Positions 1 to 10,727 of a DNA stretch of 64,000 nucleotides are shown here, in pieces. The translations under genes were made by a program, and so were the position numbers. A model generated the notes under the pieces. That model worked only from the letters and a program-made list of their open reading frames with translations. It was not told the origin of the DNA and searched no databases. Positions within the stretch are counted from its first letter, which is position 1, and every line of letters starts with the position of its first letter. The DNA comes from an uncultured delta proteobacterium (GTDB lineage: Bacteria > Myxococcota_A > Polyangia > Polyangiales > Polyangiaceae): the NCBI GenBank assembly GCA_963696385.1, contig CAVOKF010000003.1, positions 1 through 64,000 of the forward strand. Reading direction: 5' to 3'.

Positions 1-8
1 GCGGCCTG

Positions 9-1621
9 ATGAAAACGATCACCTCCGTGACCGAGAGCGGGCGTCCCATGACGGCGCACTGGCGCTCTCGCGAGGAGTTGATCCACCAGGTCGTCGTGTT
101 GACGGCCCAGGGGATGAGCCGGCGCGCCATCACGCGGGCGCTGGGGGTCAGTCGAAACACGATTAAGAAGACTTCGGACCCACGGTCGCGAGCGCGACGA
201 CGGGCACGCCGCGCTGGCCGCTGCGCCCGTGCGCGCGCCGCGTTCCCGCAAGATCGACGCCTACCAGGGTCGCGTGAGCGAGTTGCTCGCGCGCTACCCG
301 GACATCACCGCGCAGCGCGTGCTGGAGATCCTCAAGGACGAGGGATTCCAAGGCGGCTACACCGCCGTCAAAAAGCAGATGCGGCGCGTGCGGCCAGCGG
401 CCAAGCCGACGCCGAGCCTCGAAGCTCCGGTGTTCGGACCGGGTGAGATGGCCGAAAACGATTGGTCGCCCTACACGCTCACGTACACGACCGGCCTCTC
501 CGAGACTGTGCAGCTGTTCTCGTATGTCCTGGTCTATTCGAAGCGCAAGTCCTTCGACGTCTTCGGCTCGCCGGACTTGTTCGCGCTCATGGACGGCCAC
601 GAGCGCGCCTTCGCGCGCTTCGGCGGCTGCGCCGCGGGCTGCAAGTACGACAGCCAAAAGCCCGTCGTGCTCCGGTGGGAAGGCCACCAGCCCATCTACA
701 ATCCTCGGTATCTCGCCTTTGCCGCGCACTACGGCATTCAGCCCGCCGCCGTGCGAGGAAAACCCAACGCCAAGCCGCGCGTCGAACGCAGCTTCTGGGA
801 GCACGAGCGATCGTTTCTCAACGGCCGCTCATTTCCGCGATCGCGACGACTTCGCCGCGCAGCTCGCCGACTGGCTCGTTCGCGTCGTCGACCCGCGCAA
901 GCGTCACGGGCTGTCCGCCCTCGATCGGTTTCGCGACGAGGCGCCTCATCTGCGGCCGCTGCCCAAGCATCCGTACGACACCGCCCGGGTCACGTATCGA
1001 CTCTGCAGCATCGACGGGTACGTCGAATGGCTCGGTAACCGCTACGCCGTGCCGTACGACCATGTGACCGACTTCCTGCCGCTGCGCATCACGCAGACGG
1101 AGCTGTTCGTCTACGGGCCGAATCTCGCTTGCCTGGCGCGCTATGAGCTGCGACCGCGCGGACGCGGCGACAAGATCGATCCGCTCGGGCTGCATCCTCG
1201 CCCAGAGAGCCGGTCGCCCATCGACGTCGACAAGCTGCGCGCCACCTTCGAGCAGATGGGCGACGGGGCCGCCGCGTTCCTGCTCCAGCTCTCGGGCGCC
1301 CACGTGACCCGTGTCTGGACCCACCACGCCCGGCAGATCCTGCTCTTGCGTGCCCGCTACGACAGCGCCGACGTCGACGCCGCCCTCGCGCACGCCGTTC
1401 GGTTCGGCGCGCTCGACGCGGCCTCGGTCGAGCGCATCCTCGCCCGACGCGCTCCGCCCCGGACCCTCGACGAGTACGTCGCCGAAGACACCGCCAAGCG
1501 CATCGATGACGCGCTCGGTCCCGTCGTCACACGCCCCCGCGATCTGGCCGAGTACGACGCTCTGCCGCTCGCCACCCGCCGCCCCGTGGAGACCGCCGAT
1601 GGCCAAGACCAAAACGGATAA
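9..1621 (+). pseudogene. istA: IS21 transposase IstA, split across three frames
   Basis: HTH (GMSRRAITRALGVSRNT), rve core (ENDWS, YSKR, YDSQK, KPRVER), C-terminal DGYV..GNRYAVP; frameshifts near 170 and 830. Confidence 0.85.
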
Positions 1622-2462
1622 ACCAGACTCCAATGACCGGGTGACCGGCCCGGCCTCTGACGAGGCCGTCGTGGTGATCGATCGCCTGCGCCGGCACCTC
1701 GGCTACTTGGGCCTCTCCCATACGCTCTCCACGCTCGACGACTGGCTCGCGTGGGCCACCCGCGAGCGACCCGGACACACCGCCCTGCTCGAGCACGTCC
1801 TGGCCGCTGAGGTCGATCACAAGTCGGCCGCACGCCTGGACCGGCGTATCCGGGTCAGCGGCCTGGTCGAGCGAAAGACACTCGAGGCCTTCGACTGGGA
1901 CTTCCAACCCTCGATCGACAAGAGCCTCGTGCTGGAGCTCGCCCGCCTCGACTTCGTCAGGCGCCACGACGACCTGGTCATCACGGGAAAGAGCGGCACC
2001 GGCAAGAGTCACATCCTCAAGGCTCTCTCCCTGCGCGCCTGCGTGCAGGGCATCTCCCTGCGCTACGCGCGGTGCGTCGACCTGCTCGCCGACCTGCACG
2101 CCGGCCTCGCCGACGGCACCTACCCCCGACGCCTGAAGGCCTGGGCACGACCCGACCTGCTCGTCATCGACGACGTCGGCCTGGGGCAGGTGCGCCAGCG
2201 CGACGACGAGCCCACCGCCGCCCATACTCTCTTCAACCTCGTCGATCGCAGGCACGGCAAGCTCTCGACCGCGGTCACCTCCAATATCGATTTGCGCCAG
2301 TGGGGACGCTACCTGGGAGACGCGACCGTCGCCGCCGCCATTCTCGATCGGCTCGCCATGCATGCCATTCGTATCGACATCGACGGACCGAGCTACCGCC
2401 AGCACGTCGCTGCCGAGCGTGCCGGCAAGCCGGTCGCACCCACTCGGGCGACGGCGCCGTGA
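1599..2462 (+). CDS. istB: IS21 helper ATPase IstB
   Basis: KTLEAFDWDFQP, Walker A GKSGTGKSH, LLVIDDVG, AILDRL, GPSYR. Confidence 0.92.
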   Translation: MAKTKTDKPDSNDRVTGPASDEAVVVIDRLRRHLGYLGLSHTLSTLDDWLAWATRERPGHTALLEHVLAAEVDHKSAARLDRRIRVSGLVERKTLEAFDWDFQPSIDKSLVLELARLDFVRRHDDLVITGKSGTGKSHILKALSLRACVQGISLRYARCVDLLADLHAGLADGTYPRRLKAWARPDLLVIDDVGLGQVRQRDDEPTAAHTLFNLVDRRHGKLSTAVTSNIDLRQWGRYLGDATVAAAILDRLAMHAIRIDIDGPSYRQHVAAERAGKPVAPTRATAP

Positions 2463-2773
2463 GGCGCCCGCGCCGCGTTCCACCCGCTCCGCCTCCGCCC
2501 CGCGTCCCGGACCTCGTCGTCGCGCCGGAGCTCGCCTCCATCATTCTGCTCGAACACGCGCTCGACCTCGCTGCCGACGCGCTCTTGGCCGAGCACCAGA
2601 CGCTCATCGACGACTTCCATAGGCCACGCGACCAAGGCCCTGTCGTCTTCCTCGCCCACACGATCTGCCGCAGGGCCGCCACCTTGCGCGAAACGCTCTG
2701 GCGCTACCGCCACGCCGTCCGCGAAGCAGCTATGCCACCCGCGCACGATCCCACGGACGACAACTCCTTCTGA
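2459..2773 (+). CDS. hypothetical IS passenger protein
   Basis: GTG overlaps istB TGA (GTGA coupling); lies inside the IS right end. Confidence 0.55.
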   Translation: MRRPRRVPPAPPPPRVPDLVVAPELASIILLEHALDLAADALLAEHQTLIDDFHRPRDQGPVVFLAHTICRRAATLRETLWRYRHAVREAAMPPAHDPTDDNSF

Positions 2774-3461
2774 TAGCCGGACTCCCACGCTGAGCCGCGA
2801 GCCCGAGCGCTCGCGAGTCCTACCGGCGTCTTGGCGGTTCCCCCCTTCGCCCGGCCGAGCACCTCGGGGTGAGCCACTGGCCCTGACGCGCGCCCTTTCC
2901 GATAGCAAGGGGTGGGTCACGATCCCGCCGCTGCCGCCACCCCGACCCCGGCGACGGGTGGATCACTTCGGTCGCCAGAAGTGGATCACTCTAAAGGCGC
3001 CGCTGAAGTGCGTCGCAGAACCCCACGATCTGCCGCTCACGGACGAGAGTCGGATCGCGCAATCGCCGTTAGCGACACTGTTCCCAGACGATCCATTACA
3101 GCTTGGCTGAACGGGAACTCGGTCCGATGATTCGCCGCTCATGGGACCCGTTCACGCTCTGCGGCCGCCCGAGCCGGTGCACGAAACCTCATGGCCTACC
3201 GCGGCCTCCCGACGCTATCGAGAATCAAGGCCCGTTGTTGAACGGCCGTCCGCAGCATCGTCGACAGCGTGGAGCCGCTAGTAAGCCAGCTCACAGAAAG
3301 CGACTCGCGGCGAAGCCGATACTCGTCCGCGCCGGGCGCTGGTCCGGTCGCCGCCTGCGATGCGCCGTTTGCGCACGCTCGCGTGCTGCGGTTCGTGCTC
3401 GTACTGCCCGACGATTCTCATGATCGCCTTAAGCGGCATGTCCTTGGGTACGGTACGTATC

Positions 3462-4379
3462 TTACAGAACCCACGGTCCCCCTGGTCGCCAGTGAGCGCC
3501 CCACGCTTGCAGGTTGGCGGCTACCTTCATGGGCGCTTGAAGAAAAGCCCGGATGGCATCGACCACGGAACGCAGCGGCTCGGCGTCAGAGGTCGCGCCC
3601 GATTTTCGGAGAAAAGCCGTCCACTGCGTCAGCTTCGTTGCGTCGCTGACGAATGCCGGTGATAGCGCGACGGGTGGTCCGTTGGGTAGTTCCGTTCCGC
3701 GCCGTTCGAACGTGGCGCGAAGCGCGCGCACGAGCAAGTCGCCGTCGAAGTCGAATGTTCGCGACAAGATGGCGATGTCGAAAAAGTCCTTCATACGGCT
3801 GTTCGCCATCCCGAGCTTCACGATCGCTTCGAGCTTCTCCGCGACTACTGCTTCGCGCGGGTACGCCCGCAGCGTCGGTGCCGGGAAGTCGAGGAGCGCA
3901 GGGAACTCGACGAGCTCCGGCGCCGGCGTGATCGCGTCGCCGAAACCGACGTCGATTTGAAGGCGGACTCGCGCGCTCGTCACGGCGGCCGTCAGCGAGA
4001 CGCGAACGCCACCGTATTCCTGGTCTTCGCGAATGGGACCGACATCGAGCGATGCGAGGTCGAAGACGACGCCATCGTCGGGAACGTCGAGCTTGAGGAT
4101 CTCCTCGAACACGGCACGCATACGCGCCTCGGACGGGTCGCCGTATCCGAGGAGGTCAATATCGCGCGTGGCGCGGTGCGCGCGGCCGGTCCAGAGTGTG
4201 AAAAGCGCGGCGCCCTTGAGCACGAACTGACCCGCGTACGGCGACAATGTCAGCCGATGGAGAAGGCGCTCGTTCGCATAGCGCGTGAGGAGAAGGTGGA
4301 AGTCCTCGCGCCTCTCGGTCGAGAGCCGAAGCAGGCGTGCGCGCACGGACGCACCGATGTTCTTCGGCGTCTTGGTCAT
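3462..4379 (-). CDS. type IV TA toxin, AbiEii nucleotidyltransferase
   Basis: FVLKGA, RATRDIDL, AEKLEA, NSRMKDFFD motifs. Confidence 0.9.
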   Translation of the reverse strand: MTKTPKNIGASVRARLLRLSTERREDFHLLLTRYANERLLHRLTLSPYAGQFVLKGAALFTLWTGRAHRATRDIDLLGYGDPSEARMRAVFEEILKLDVPDDGVVFDLASLDVGPIREDQEYGGVRVSLTAAVTSARVRLQIDVGFGDAITPAPELVEFPALLDFPAPTLRAYPREAVVAEKLEAIVKLGMANSRMKDFFDIAILSRTFDFDGDLLVRALRATFERRGTELPNGPPVALSPAFVSDATKLTQWTAFLRKSGATSDAEPLRSVVDAIRAFLQAPMKVAANLQAWGAHWRPGGPWVL

Positions 4380-5092
4380 GCGAGAGCGTCTAGGTACGGG
4401 CGCACCACCGTGTAGACGCGCGCCGCCCTCGCGGCGGCAACGAGTGCGTCAATGCTGAAGAACCAAGGATCGCCGTAGCGGGTGCCGTCTCCGTTGCCCG
4501 CACCAGATTCGCCCCCGTATCCGTCTCCGCCACCGGTTCGGTTGGCCCGTCGTTGCCGATTGGTTGGTCGTTCGCGCCCTCTTGCCAGGTAGTCGCGAAG
4601 CGCCTCGAGCGCGACATCGAGGCCGACGTGGCGGCGATACCGGAAGCAGTCCGCGACAGTCTTGGCGGGCGTCGTTACATGAACTTCGACACCCTCGATC
4701 GTTCGCGTCGCGACCCCGTACTCGCGCGCCGGTCCATGCGCGCGAACGACCTCGATTGCCGGCGTGTCGAGCTTCGGCGTCCGAGCGCGCGTGTCAATCA
4801 TGATCCAGACCGCGTGCGGCGCCTCCGTTGTGAGCCCGTGCACTTGGAGCGCGCTCAGCAGACAGATCGTCGCATGCGGAACGCGCTTTCCGACCTCGGC
4901 GAGCGAATGAAGCTCCGTCACATCCGCGTCGGGCAGCCGGTAGAGCCCACGGCCTACGTGCTCAAGCAGATTCCGCTCCGTGAGTCGCCTGAGATACACG
5001 CGCGGGATGTTCGCCGCGTCGAGATCGCGAGCGCGAAACGGCCCTCCCCGAGCGAGACGAAGGACCTGGGCTGTTTTGGCTGTCTCAGGCAT
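4376..5092 (-). CDS. type IV TA antitoxin, AbiEi transcriptional regulator
   Basis: GRGLYRL, ICLLSAL..HGLTT, PAKTVADCFRYR; ATGA overlap with toxin. Confidence 0.9.
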   Translation of the reverse strand: MPETAKTAQVLRLARGGPFRARDLDAANIPRVYLRRLTERNLLEHVGRGLYRLPDADVTELHSLAEVGKRVPHATICLLSALQVHGLTTEAPHAVWIMIDTRARTPKLDTPAIEVVRAHGPAREYGVATRTIEGVEVHVTTPAKTVADCFRYRRHVGLDVALEALRDYLARGRERPTNRQRRANRTGGGDGYGGESGAGNGDGTRYGDPWFFSIDALVAAARAARVYTVVRPYLDALA

Positions 5093-5531
5093 GATACGAA
5101 ACGTTGTCTCACAGAACTATAGAGCGACGTTCCAGAACAGCAAGGGGGTTACCCGTGATGCTCACCGTATGCGATGCTCACAACCCTAAAACTGAGCACG
5201 GAGGTGGGCTCGGAGGCAGTCCGATCCAGTGTCGACGGCGAGCGCGTCGATCCGCGGCGAATCTTTGGCGCTTCCGAGGTTCGTGGTCCGTGCTCGCCGC
5301 CGCTCCTCAAGACTCGTCGCCAGTGTGCTCGCCACATCGCCCCGCCCCATCAATACGGCGTTGACAATGGCGCGTTCAAGTTCCGCATCGCTCGGACTTG
5401 GGGATTCGGATGCCTGAATGGGGGCGATGAGGCTCGAACCGACCCCAGTTGACGCAATTACGGACTTGGGGTGATCGACCATTGACGACATGGCCTTTTC
5501 TGCGCGCTTATTTGATGTTTCATCATGCGAA

Positions 5532-5552
5532 TTCGAGTCCCGTCCACCCCGC
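5532..5552 (+). other. tRNA(Asp-like) 3' fragment, probable att site
   Basis: TTCGAGTCCCGTCCACCCCGC = T-loop plus 3' acceptor strand, no 5' half. Confidence 0.55.
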
Positions 5553-6343
5553 TTGAAATCATTGATGAAAATGGCCATTCAGGGCCCCGGGACGATTCCC
5601 GAAACGATTCAAACCCCAAACTGAGGGCTCTAGCCCTCGCACAAGCCGCTCTCGTCCTCCTCCAATCCGACCCGCGAAACGCCGAACGACTCCTCAGCGA
5701 CCTCGTCGGTCTCCTGGAGCGCAAGTCCGGCCAACAGCGCCCTCCTGCACTGCCGTCCGACCCCGAGCCCGACTGACCCCGACTGTTTTCGCGAGCGATT
5801 GGTCGCAGCTCCCGATCCGCGATCCACGTTCGACTAAGTCGATGCCGGGGAGGGAGAGCGCCCATAATGCGAACACCACCGTTGGAAGGAGGGGGGTGGC
5901 GTGGATGATGCGCTGCCCCCGGCCTCGAGCGCGGTGAGCTAACAATCAACCCGAGCGAGGCGACGGTCGAAGACGCGCGCAACCGGACTGCGCCTCGACC
6001 CCCGAGCCGGACTGCGCCTCGACCCCTGAGCCAATCGCAAATTCCCGCACCCGTGGGCGGAGTGGGGTGATCATCGAATGCCGGCTCCGTAGTTTCGGGT
6101 CGCTTCAGCACCAATCGTCGCGAGCTGCGTCCTGCCCGCCGCTACCGATGTGGCAAGGCCGGCCCGCTCGGTCGATGCGCAAACGACTGCCTGTACCCCC
6201 CCCGGCGTGGTTCCGAGAATGCACGCAATGCGTCTCGGGCCTATTTCTCGGGCTATTCGTCCCCCTCATGCGCGGACACGGATCGGGCCGCACGCGGCCT
6301 GGATCCTCGCCGGGAAGAAGAGCTTCGCCTAGGCTTTGCTGCG

Positions 6344-7225
6344 GTGCGCGCAGACCGCCCTAGCGAAACGGCCATTTACGTCGCGATGGGGCGTGCGCTC
6401 GCGCACGCGCATCGAACCGTAAAGAGCTTCGACGACCCATTCGCTCTCCAGCTTCTCCCCGAAGACTACCGCGCCGTCGTGGAGCGGCGCCTGCGGGGCG
6501 GGTGGCCACGGAGCCGGCGGGATGCGGTTCTCGGACTGGTCGCGGATGGCACGGAGAGGCTCATCGGGCCGCGCACCGTCGAGATCGACGACGGGCTGCG
6601 CGCGATGCCTCGCGGCGTCCAGCTCGTCATCCTCGGAGCCGGGCTCGACGCGCGCGCCTACCGGATGCGCGAGCTGTCCGAGAGCGTGGCGTTCGAGGTG
6701 GACCACCCGGCGAGCCAGGCGCTCAAGATCGAACGGACGGCGGGGCTCGTGCCGCGCACGCGCGAGCTGCGTCGCGTGGCCGTCGACTTCGAGCGCGAGC
6801 GCTTCGCGGACGCCCTCGTGCGCGCAGGGCACATGGCGACTGAGCCCACGGCGTGGATCTTCGAGGGCGTTATCAGCTATCTCGCGCCGTGCGACGTCGA
6901 AGCGTCGATCGACGCGATCGCTGCGCAGTCGTGCGCGGGCAGTCGCCTGCTGGCGACGTACAATGAGCCGAGCCTGGTGCGGCGCCTGTACTCAAGGACA
7001 TCCGAGCGATCGGGCGAGCCGCACCGAGCGATGTATACACGGGAGGAAATGCAGCGGCTCCTGGGCGAGCGCGGGTTCGTAGTGTGCTCGGACCGCGACG
7101 GGTACCAGCGCGCGCAGCGGTGGAGCGCGTCGCCGACGTTTTTCGACCGGCGCTGGGGGCGTTTTCACCACGTGGTGATCGCGGACTTCGAGAGGAACGA
7201 TGCGCCGCTGGCCACCCGGGCGTGA
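6344..7225 (+). CDS. class I SAM-dependent methyltransferase (LCM-like)
   Basis: DPFA, RT..IDD, QLVILGAGLDARAYR, FEVDHP, WIFEGVISYL. Confidence 0.88.
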   Translation: MRADRPSETAIYVAMGRALAHAHRTVKSFDDPFALQLLPEDYRAVVERRLRGGWPRSRRDAVLGLVADGTERLIGPRTVEIDDGLRAMPRGVQLVILGAGLDARAYRMRELSESVAFEVDHPASQALKIERTAGLVPRTRELRRVAVDFERERFADALVRAGHMATEPTAWIFEGVISYLAPCDVEASIDAIAAQSCAGSRLLATYNEPSLVRRLYSRTSERSGEPHRAMYTREEMQRLLGERGFVVCSDRDGYQRAQRWSASPTFFDRRWGRFHHVVIADFERNDAPLATRA

Positions 7226-7754
7226 GCGCGCGCTCACGTCGACACCGCCATCGTCGAGGCTCCTCTTCTGCATGATGTCAGCCCAGAAAATCGAGCCGAT
7301 GGCGCATTTCCTGTGGGCTTTCATCCGCGCGCTGGTTTTCGTCACCTGGCGTCGGGCGCGTGTCGGTCCGAAGCGCCATGGCATTCGGACGTAACGGCCT
7401 GCGAGCCAGCCATACCCTGGACGTCATTTGCTCGACTTCTGCTCGGGTAGCTTCGATAGCTAGGAACCGAGTAACCACGCTCGAAATCCCACCCCACCAA
7501 GGGGGCTTTCGATGGGCCGATAGGGCATCAAAAGGCCGGTGCGAGGCTGGACGGAAGCCAGCGCCGACGGGCGGCTCGGCGTCTCGGACGAACCGCTCGC
7601 GGAGAACGAACCACCGCAACCTCCCATGCGCCCGTGCGGACATCGGCGCATTTCCGCTTTCCTTCCTCCCTCTCTGCGGCGTGCGTCCCATTATCGCTCG
7701 ATGTCCTCCCCTCGGACCTCCGAGCACGACGTGATTGCCGCCCCCGGTGCCGCA

Positions 7755-8221
7755 ATGGCGGCCGTCCATCATGCGCAGACGCTGGCGGCTCAAACGAGTG
7801 CCTACGATACTCTGGCAATCGATGCGAAGAACTATTTGACAAGCCTCGGGCAAACGTTCGCTCCCCCAGTATACCCCAACAGGCTCATTGGGGCAGCAGA
7901 CTATCGTCTGACGGTCGTCGAGGCGGATGGCACAGTGGTCCTTGACAGCGGCAAATCGTTCGACAGCAGCATCACCACTCCGGGAGGCCGTGCTCGGATC
8001 CCACGGCGGGGATCAACTGCGTTGCTAACTGGCAAAACAAGACCATCAACGAAAACCACAACAGCCGCATTGCTATTTTGGAGACACAGCTCTGGCCTTG
8101 TGGTGTCGGTGCCGAGACAAAGTATAGCTCTACGCGCGGCTTCTTTGAGAACTATGTGTCGATTCGTTTGTTGGTAGATTAATACCTGAACAACCAAGGT
8201 ACGGCCAGACTTTCGAAGTAG
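7755..8221 (+). pseudogene. degenerate stand-alone PhoR/Cache-like sensor domain protein
   Basis: RLTVVEADGTVVLDS, then after a frameshift ENHNSR..G.G..KYSST..YVSI; internal stop. Confidence 0.35.
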
Positions 8222-8555
8222 ATTCCTCGGTATTCAATCCCATTCCGGCGAACTGTGCGATGATGGTAGTCAGCGGCCGGTGAAGGCCGTCCGGACAGCG
8301 CTTTTCGCGCGCTCGAAGGTTGGGAAGCGGCGAGGAAAGGTGGGGAAGTGCGGTGGACACGGTCCCGACTCGGGATCGGACGCGACGGTCGGCGAAGGCG
8401 GATGAGGATGGCGCCGCTCTGGTGAGAAGTCGCTGCTCTTGGGGCTTACGGGCGCCCATCGAAAGCCCGGAGGTCCTTCCGAACGGGATCTCGTCCGTCG
8501 CCGGCGCGGGACGGCTTCCTTGGCTCTCGCTCGCTCGCTGGGTAGACTTCGCGAG

Positions 8556-9509
8556 ATGCCGACCGTTCTTACGGGAATCAAGCCGACGGGCACGCCCCAC
8601 ATTGGCAACTACGTTGGCGCGATCAAGCCCGCGCTGCAGCTCGCGGCGGATTCTTCGGTGCACGCTCTTTTCTTCATCGCGGATTACCACGCGCTCACGT
8701 CGGTCGAAAATCGCGGCGAGCTCAAACAGCTGACGTATGAGGTCGCGGCGACGTGGCTCGCCTGCGGGCTCGATCCATCGCGCGTTCTCTTCTACCGGCA
8801 GTCGGACTTGCCCGAGACGTTCGAGCTCAGCTGGATCCTCGCTTGCCGATGCAGGAAGGGGTTATGAACCGCGCGCATGCCTACAAGGCGAGGGTGGCCG
8901 AAAATCGCGCAGCCGGCCGCGATGAAGACGATGGGATCAACATCGGCCTCTACACGTACCCCGTGCTGATGGCAGCCGACATCCTCCTCTTCGACACGGA
9001 CATCGTGCCGGTCGGAGAAGACCAGGGGCAGCACGTCGAGATGGCGCGCGACATGGCGGAGAACTTCAACCGCACCTTCGGCAACGTCCTCACGGTCCCG
9101 CGCCACCAGATTCGCAAAGAGGTCGCGGCCCTCCCGGGCATCGACGGCCGCAAGATGAGCAAGGGCTATCGCAACACGATCCCGCTTTTCGGCAAGCCGG
9201 ACGAAGTTCGGTCCCTTGTCGCGCGCTTCAAGACCGATTCGTCACGACCCGAAGAGCCGAAGGACCCGAACGCGTCGCCCCTGTATCTCATCTACCGCGA
9301 GATCGCGAGCGAGCTGGGGAGACGTGAAGAAGGAAGTCGCGCGTGCACTCGTGGACGGCCTCGCGCCGAAGCGAGACCGCTACGACGCGCTCATGGCCGA
9401 TCGCGCGGAGATCGATCGCGTTCTGAAAGAAGGCGCCGAGAAAGCGCGCGCGATCGCCATTCCGCTGATGGACCGCGTCTGTCGTGCGAACGGCAAGCTT
9501 GCGGATTGA
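8556..9509 (+). pseudogene. trpS: tryptophanyl-tRNA synthetase, frameshifted with internal deletions
   Basis: TGIKPTG.PHIGN, YPVLMAADIL, VPVGEDQ, GRKMSK; three frames. Confidence 0.88.
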
Positions 9510-9719
9510 CCCAAACGACGCACGCGATCGCAGCGGCCATGAACCGGGCCACGTCTTCCTGGGTGGGTGGCGCCCGCGTAGTGTCGCCCCAACGACGAGA
9601 ACAGCCCCCGGATCGGGTACTCTTTGGCCCGCCAATAAGCAAGGTGCCAAAGCCCCCGACGGTTGCCGGTCGGCCGACCGCACCCATGTCTTCAGCGGCA
9701 AAGAAGGTCTCTGCGAAGG

Positions 9720-10020
9720 ATCGGCGTCCGAGCGCAACCGCTCATCGCGGTTCGCGATGTCGACGCCAGCAGCCAGTGGTACGCGCAGCTCCCAAGCGTT
9801 CGGGACCTTGGCGTGAGCGAACACACCCGTTTCTACCAGCGCTCGCGCTCCAGCGGATGTAGATCGCGGTGCGGTTCGAGTCTTGCTCATGGTGACCTTC
9901 GCTGGGGAGATACGCGCCGCGATCGGTACTTCGGGGCGAGGCGGTCGATTTCCGGGCCCTCTCCGACCGGCATCGTGCCGCGTCACCCGCGACGCTTGTA
10001 CCGTGCTGGTCGAGCACCCG
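9720..10020 (+). pseudogene. glyoxalase/VOC family remnant
   Basis: QPLIAVRDVDASSQWYAQL N-terminal motif, then degenerate. Confidence 0.4.
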
Positions 10021-10029
10021 GTTCGCAGT

Positions 10030-10638
10030 TCACGGCTTGTCGATGGCTGTTCCGCGCGTCGCTGCCTGCTCGAGCACGAGCGTCCCGAAGCCGCGCATCG
10101 CCTCGCGCACGTGGTGTCCCATCTTGCGCCGCCTGGGGTCGTCGACCCACCGCTCGAATCCGACCTTGAACGCCGCGACCCCGGCCTCGGCCGCGAGGCT
10201 CGCGGCAGGCTCGGCGACGCCGCGACGCCGGAGGGCGGCCGCCGCGGCGGCTGCAAGCGACGCGAGCTTGCCGAGTTCCCGTTCATGCAACTCAGCGTAG
10301 GTCCGGATCAACGCATGACGCTGGCGCGCGAAGTCGCCGAACGCGGGGTCCTCGTCCGATCGCCGCGTCACGGCGGCAAGAGCCGTGGCAACGGCGTCGA
10401 GTGCGGGCGTTCCCGGGGTCGTGGCCAGGACGCCTTCCGCGAAGAATGCTTCGAGCTTCTCGGCGCCGAAAAAAAGGACCTCTCGCTTGTCCGAGAAGTA
10501 GCGAAAGAACGTCCGCCGCGTGAGACCGGCGCGCTCGGCAATCTCGGCGACCGTGACCTTGTCGTAACCGGGCTCGCGATAGAGCTCCATCGCCGCCTCC
10601 TGGAGCCGTCCGACCGCGTTGTCTTCCCAGCGACCCAT
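10030..10638 (-). CDS. TetR family transcriptional regulator
   Basis: TVAEIAERAGLTRRTFFRYFSDKREVLF HTH. Confidence 0.92.
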   Translation of the reverse strand: MGRWEDNAVGRLQEAAMELYREPGYDKVTVAEIAERAGLTRRTFFRYFSDKREVLFFGAEKLEAFFAEGVLATTPGTPALDAVATALAAVTRRSDEDPAFGDFARQRHALIRTYAELHERELGKLASLAAAAAAALRRRGVAEPAASLAAEAGVAAFKVGFERWVDDPRRRKMGHHVREAMRGFGTLVLEQAATRGTAIDKP

Positions 10639-10655
10639 GAAGTCGCACGCTACCT

Positions 10656-10707
10656 GATTGCACTCAGTGACATCAGAGGGTAGCACGCGATGGCACTGAG
10701 TGCCGTC
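10656..10707. promoter_or_regulatory. two palindromic TetR-type operators in the divergent promoter
   Basis: GATTGCACTCAGTGACATC (10656-10674) and GATGGCACTGAGTGCCGTC (10689-10707), mutually inverted. Confidence 0.7.
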
Positions 10708-10727
10708 GAATACCTGGAGGTCTCCCT

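Larger units (their letters stand above)
1..3007 (+). mobile_element. IS21-family insertion sequence (left end outside window)
   Basis: istA- and istB-like ORFs; three GG(A/G)TCAC-containing sub-terminal repeats at ~2910-3007, like IS21 right ends. Confidence 0.85.

Noticed and set aside
9..1621. Programmed frameshifting in istA
   Set aside because: Two internal shifts with no clear slippery site; decay or sequencing error is more likely
5982..6030. Short direct repeat CCGGACTGCGCCTCGACCCC x2
   Set aside because: Only two copies, no context suggesting function
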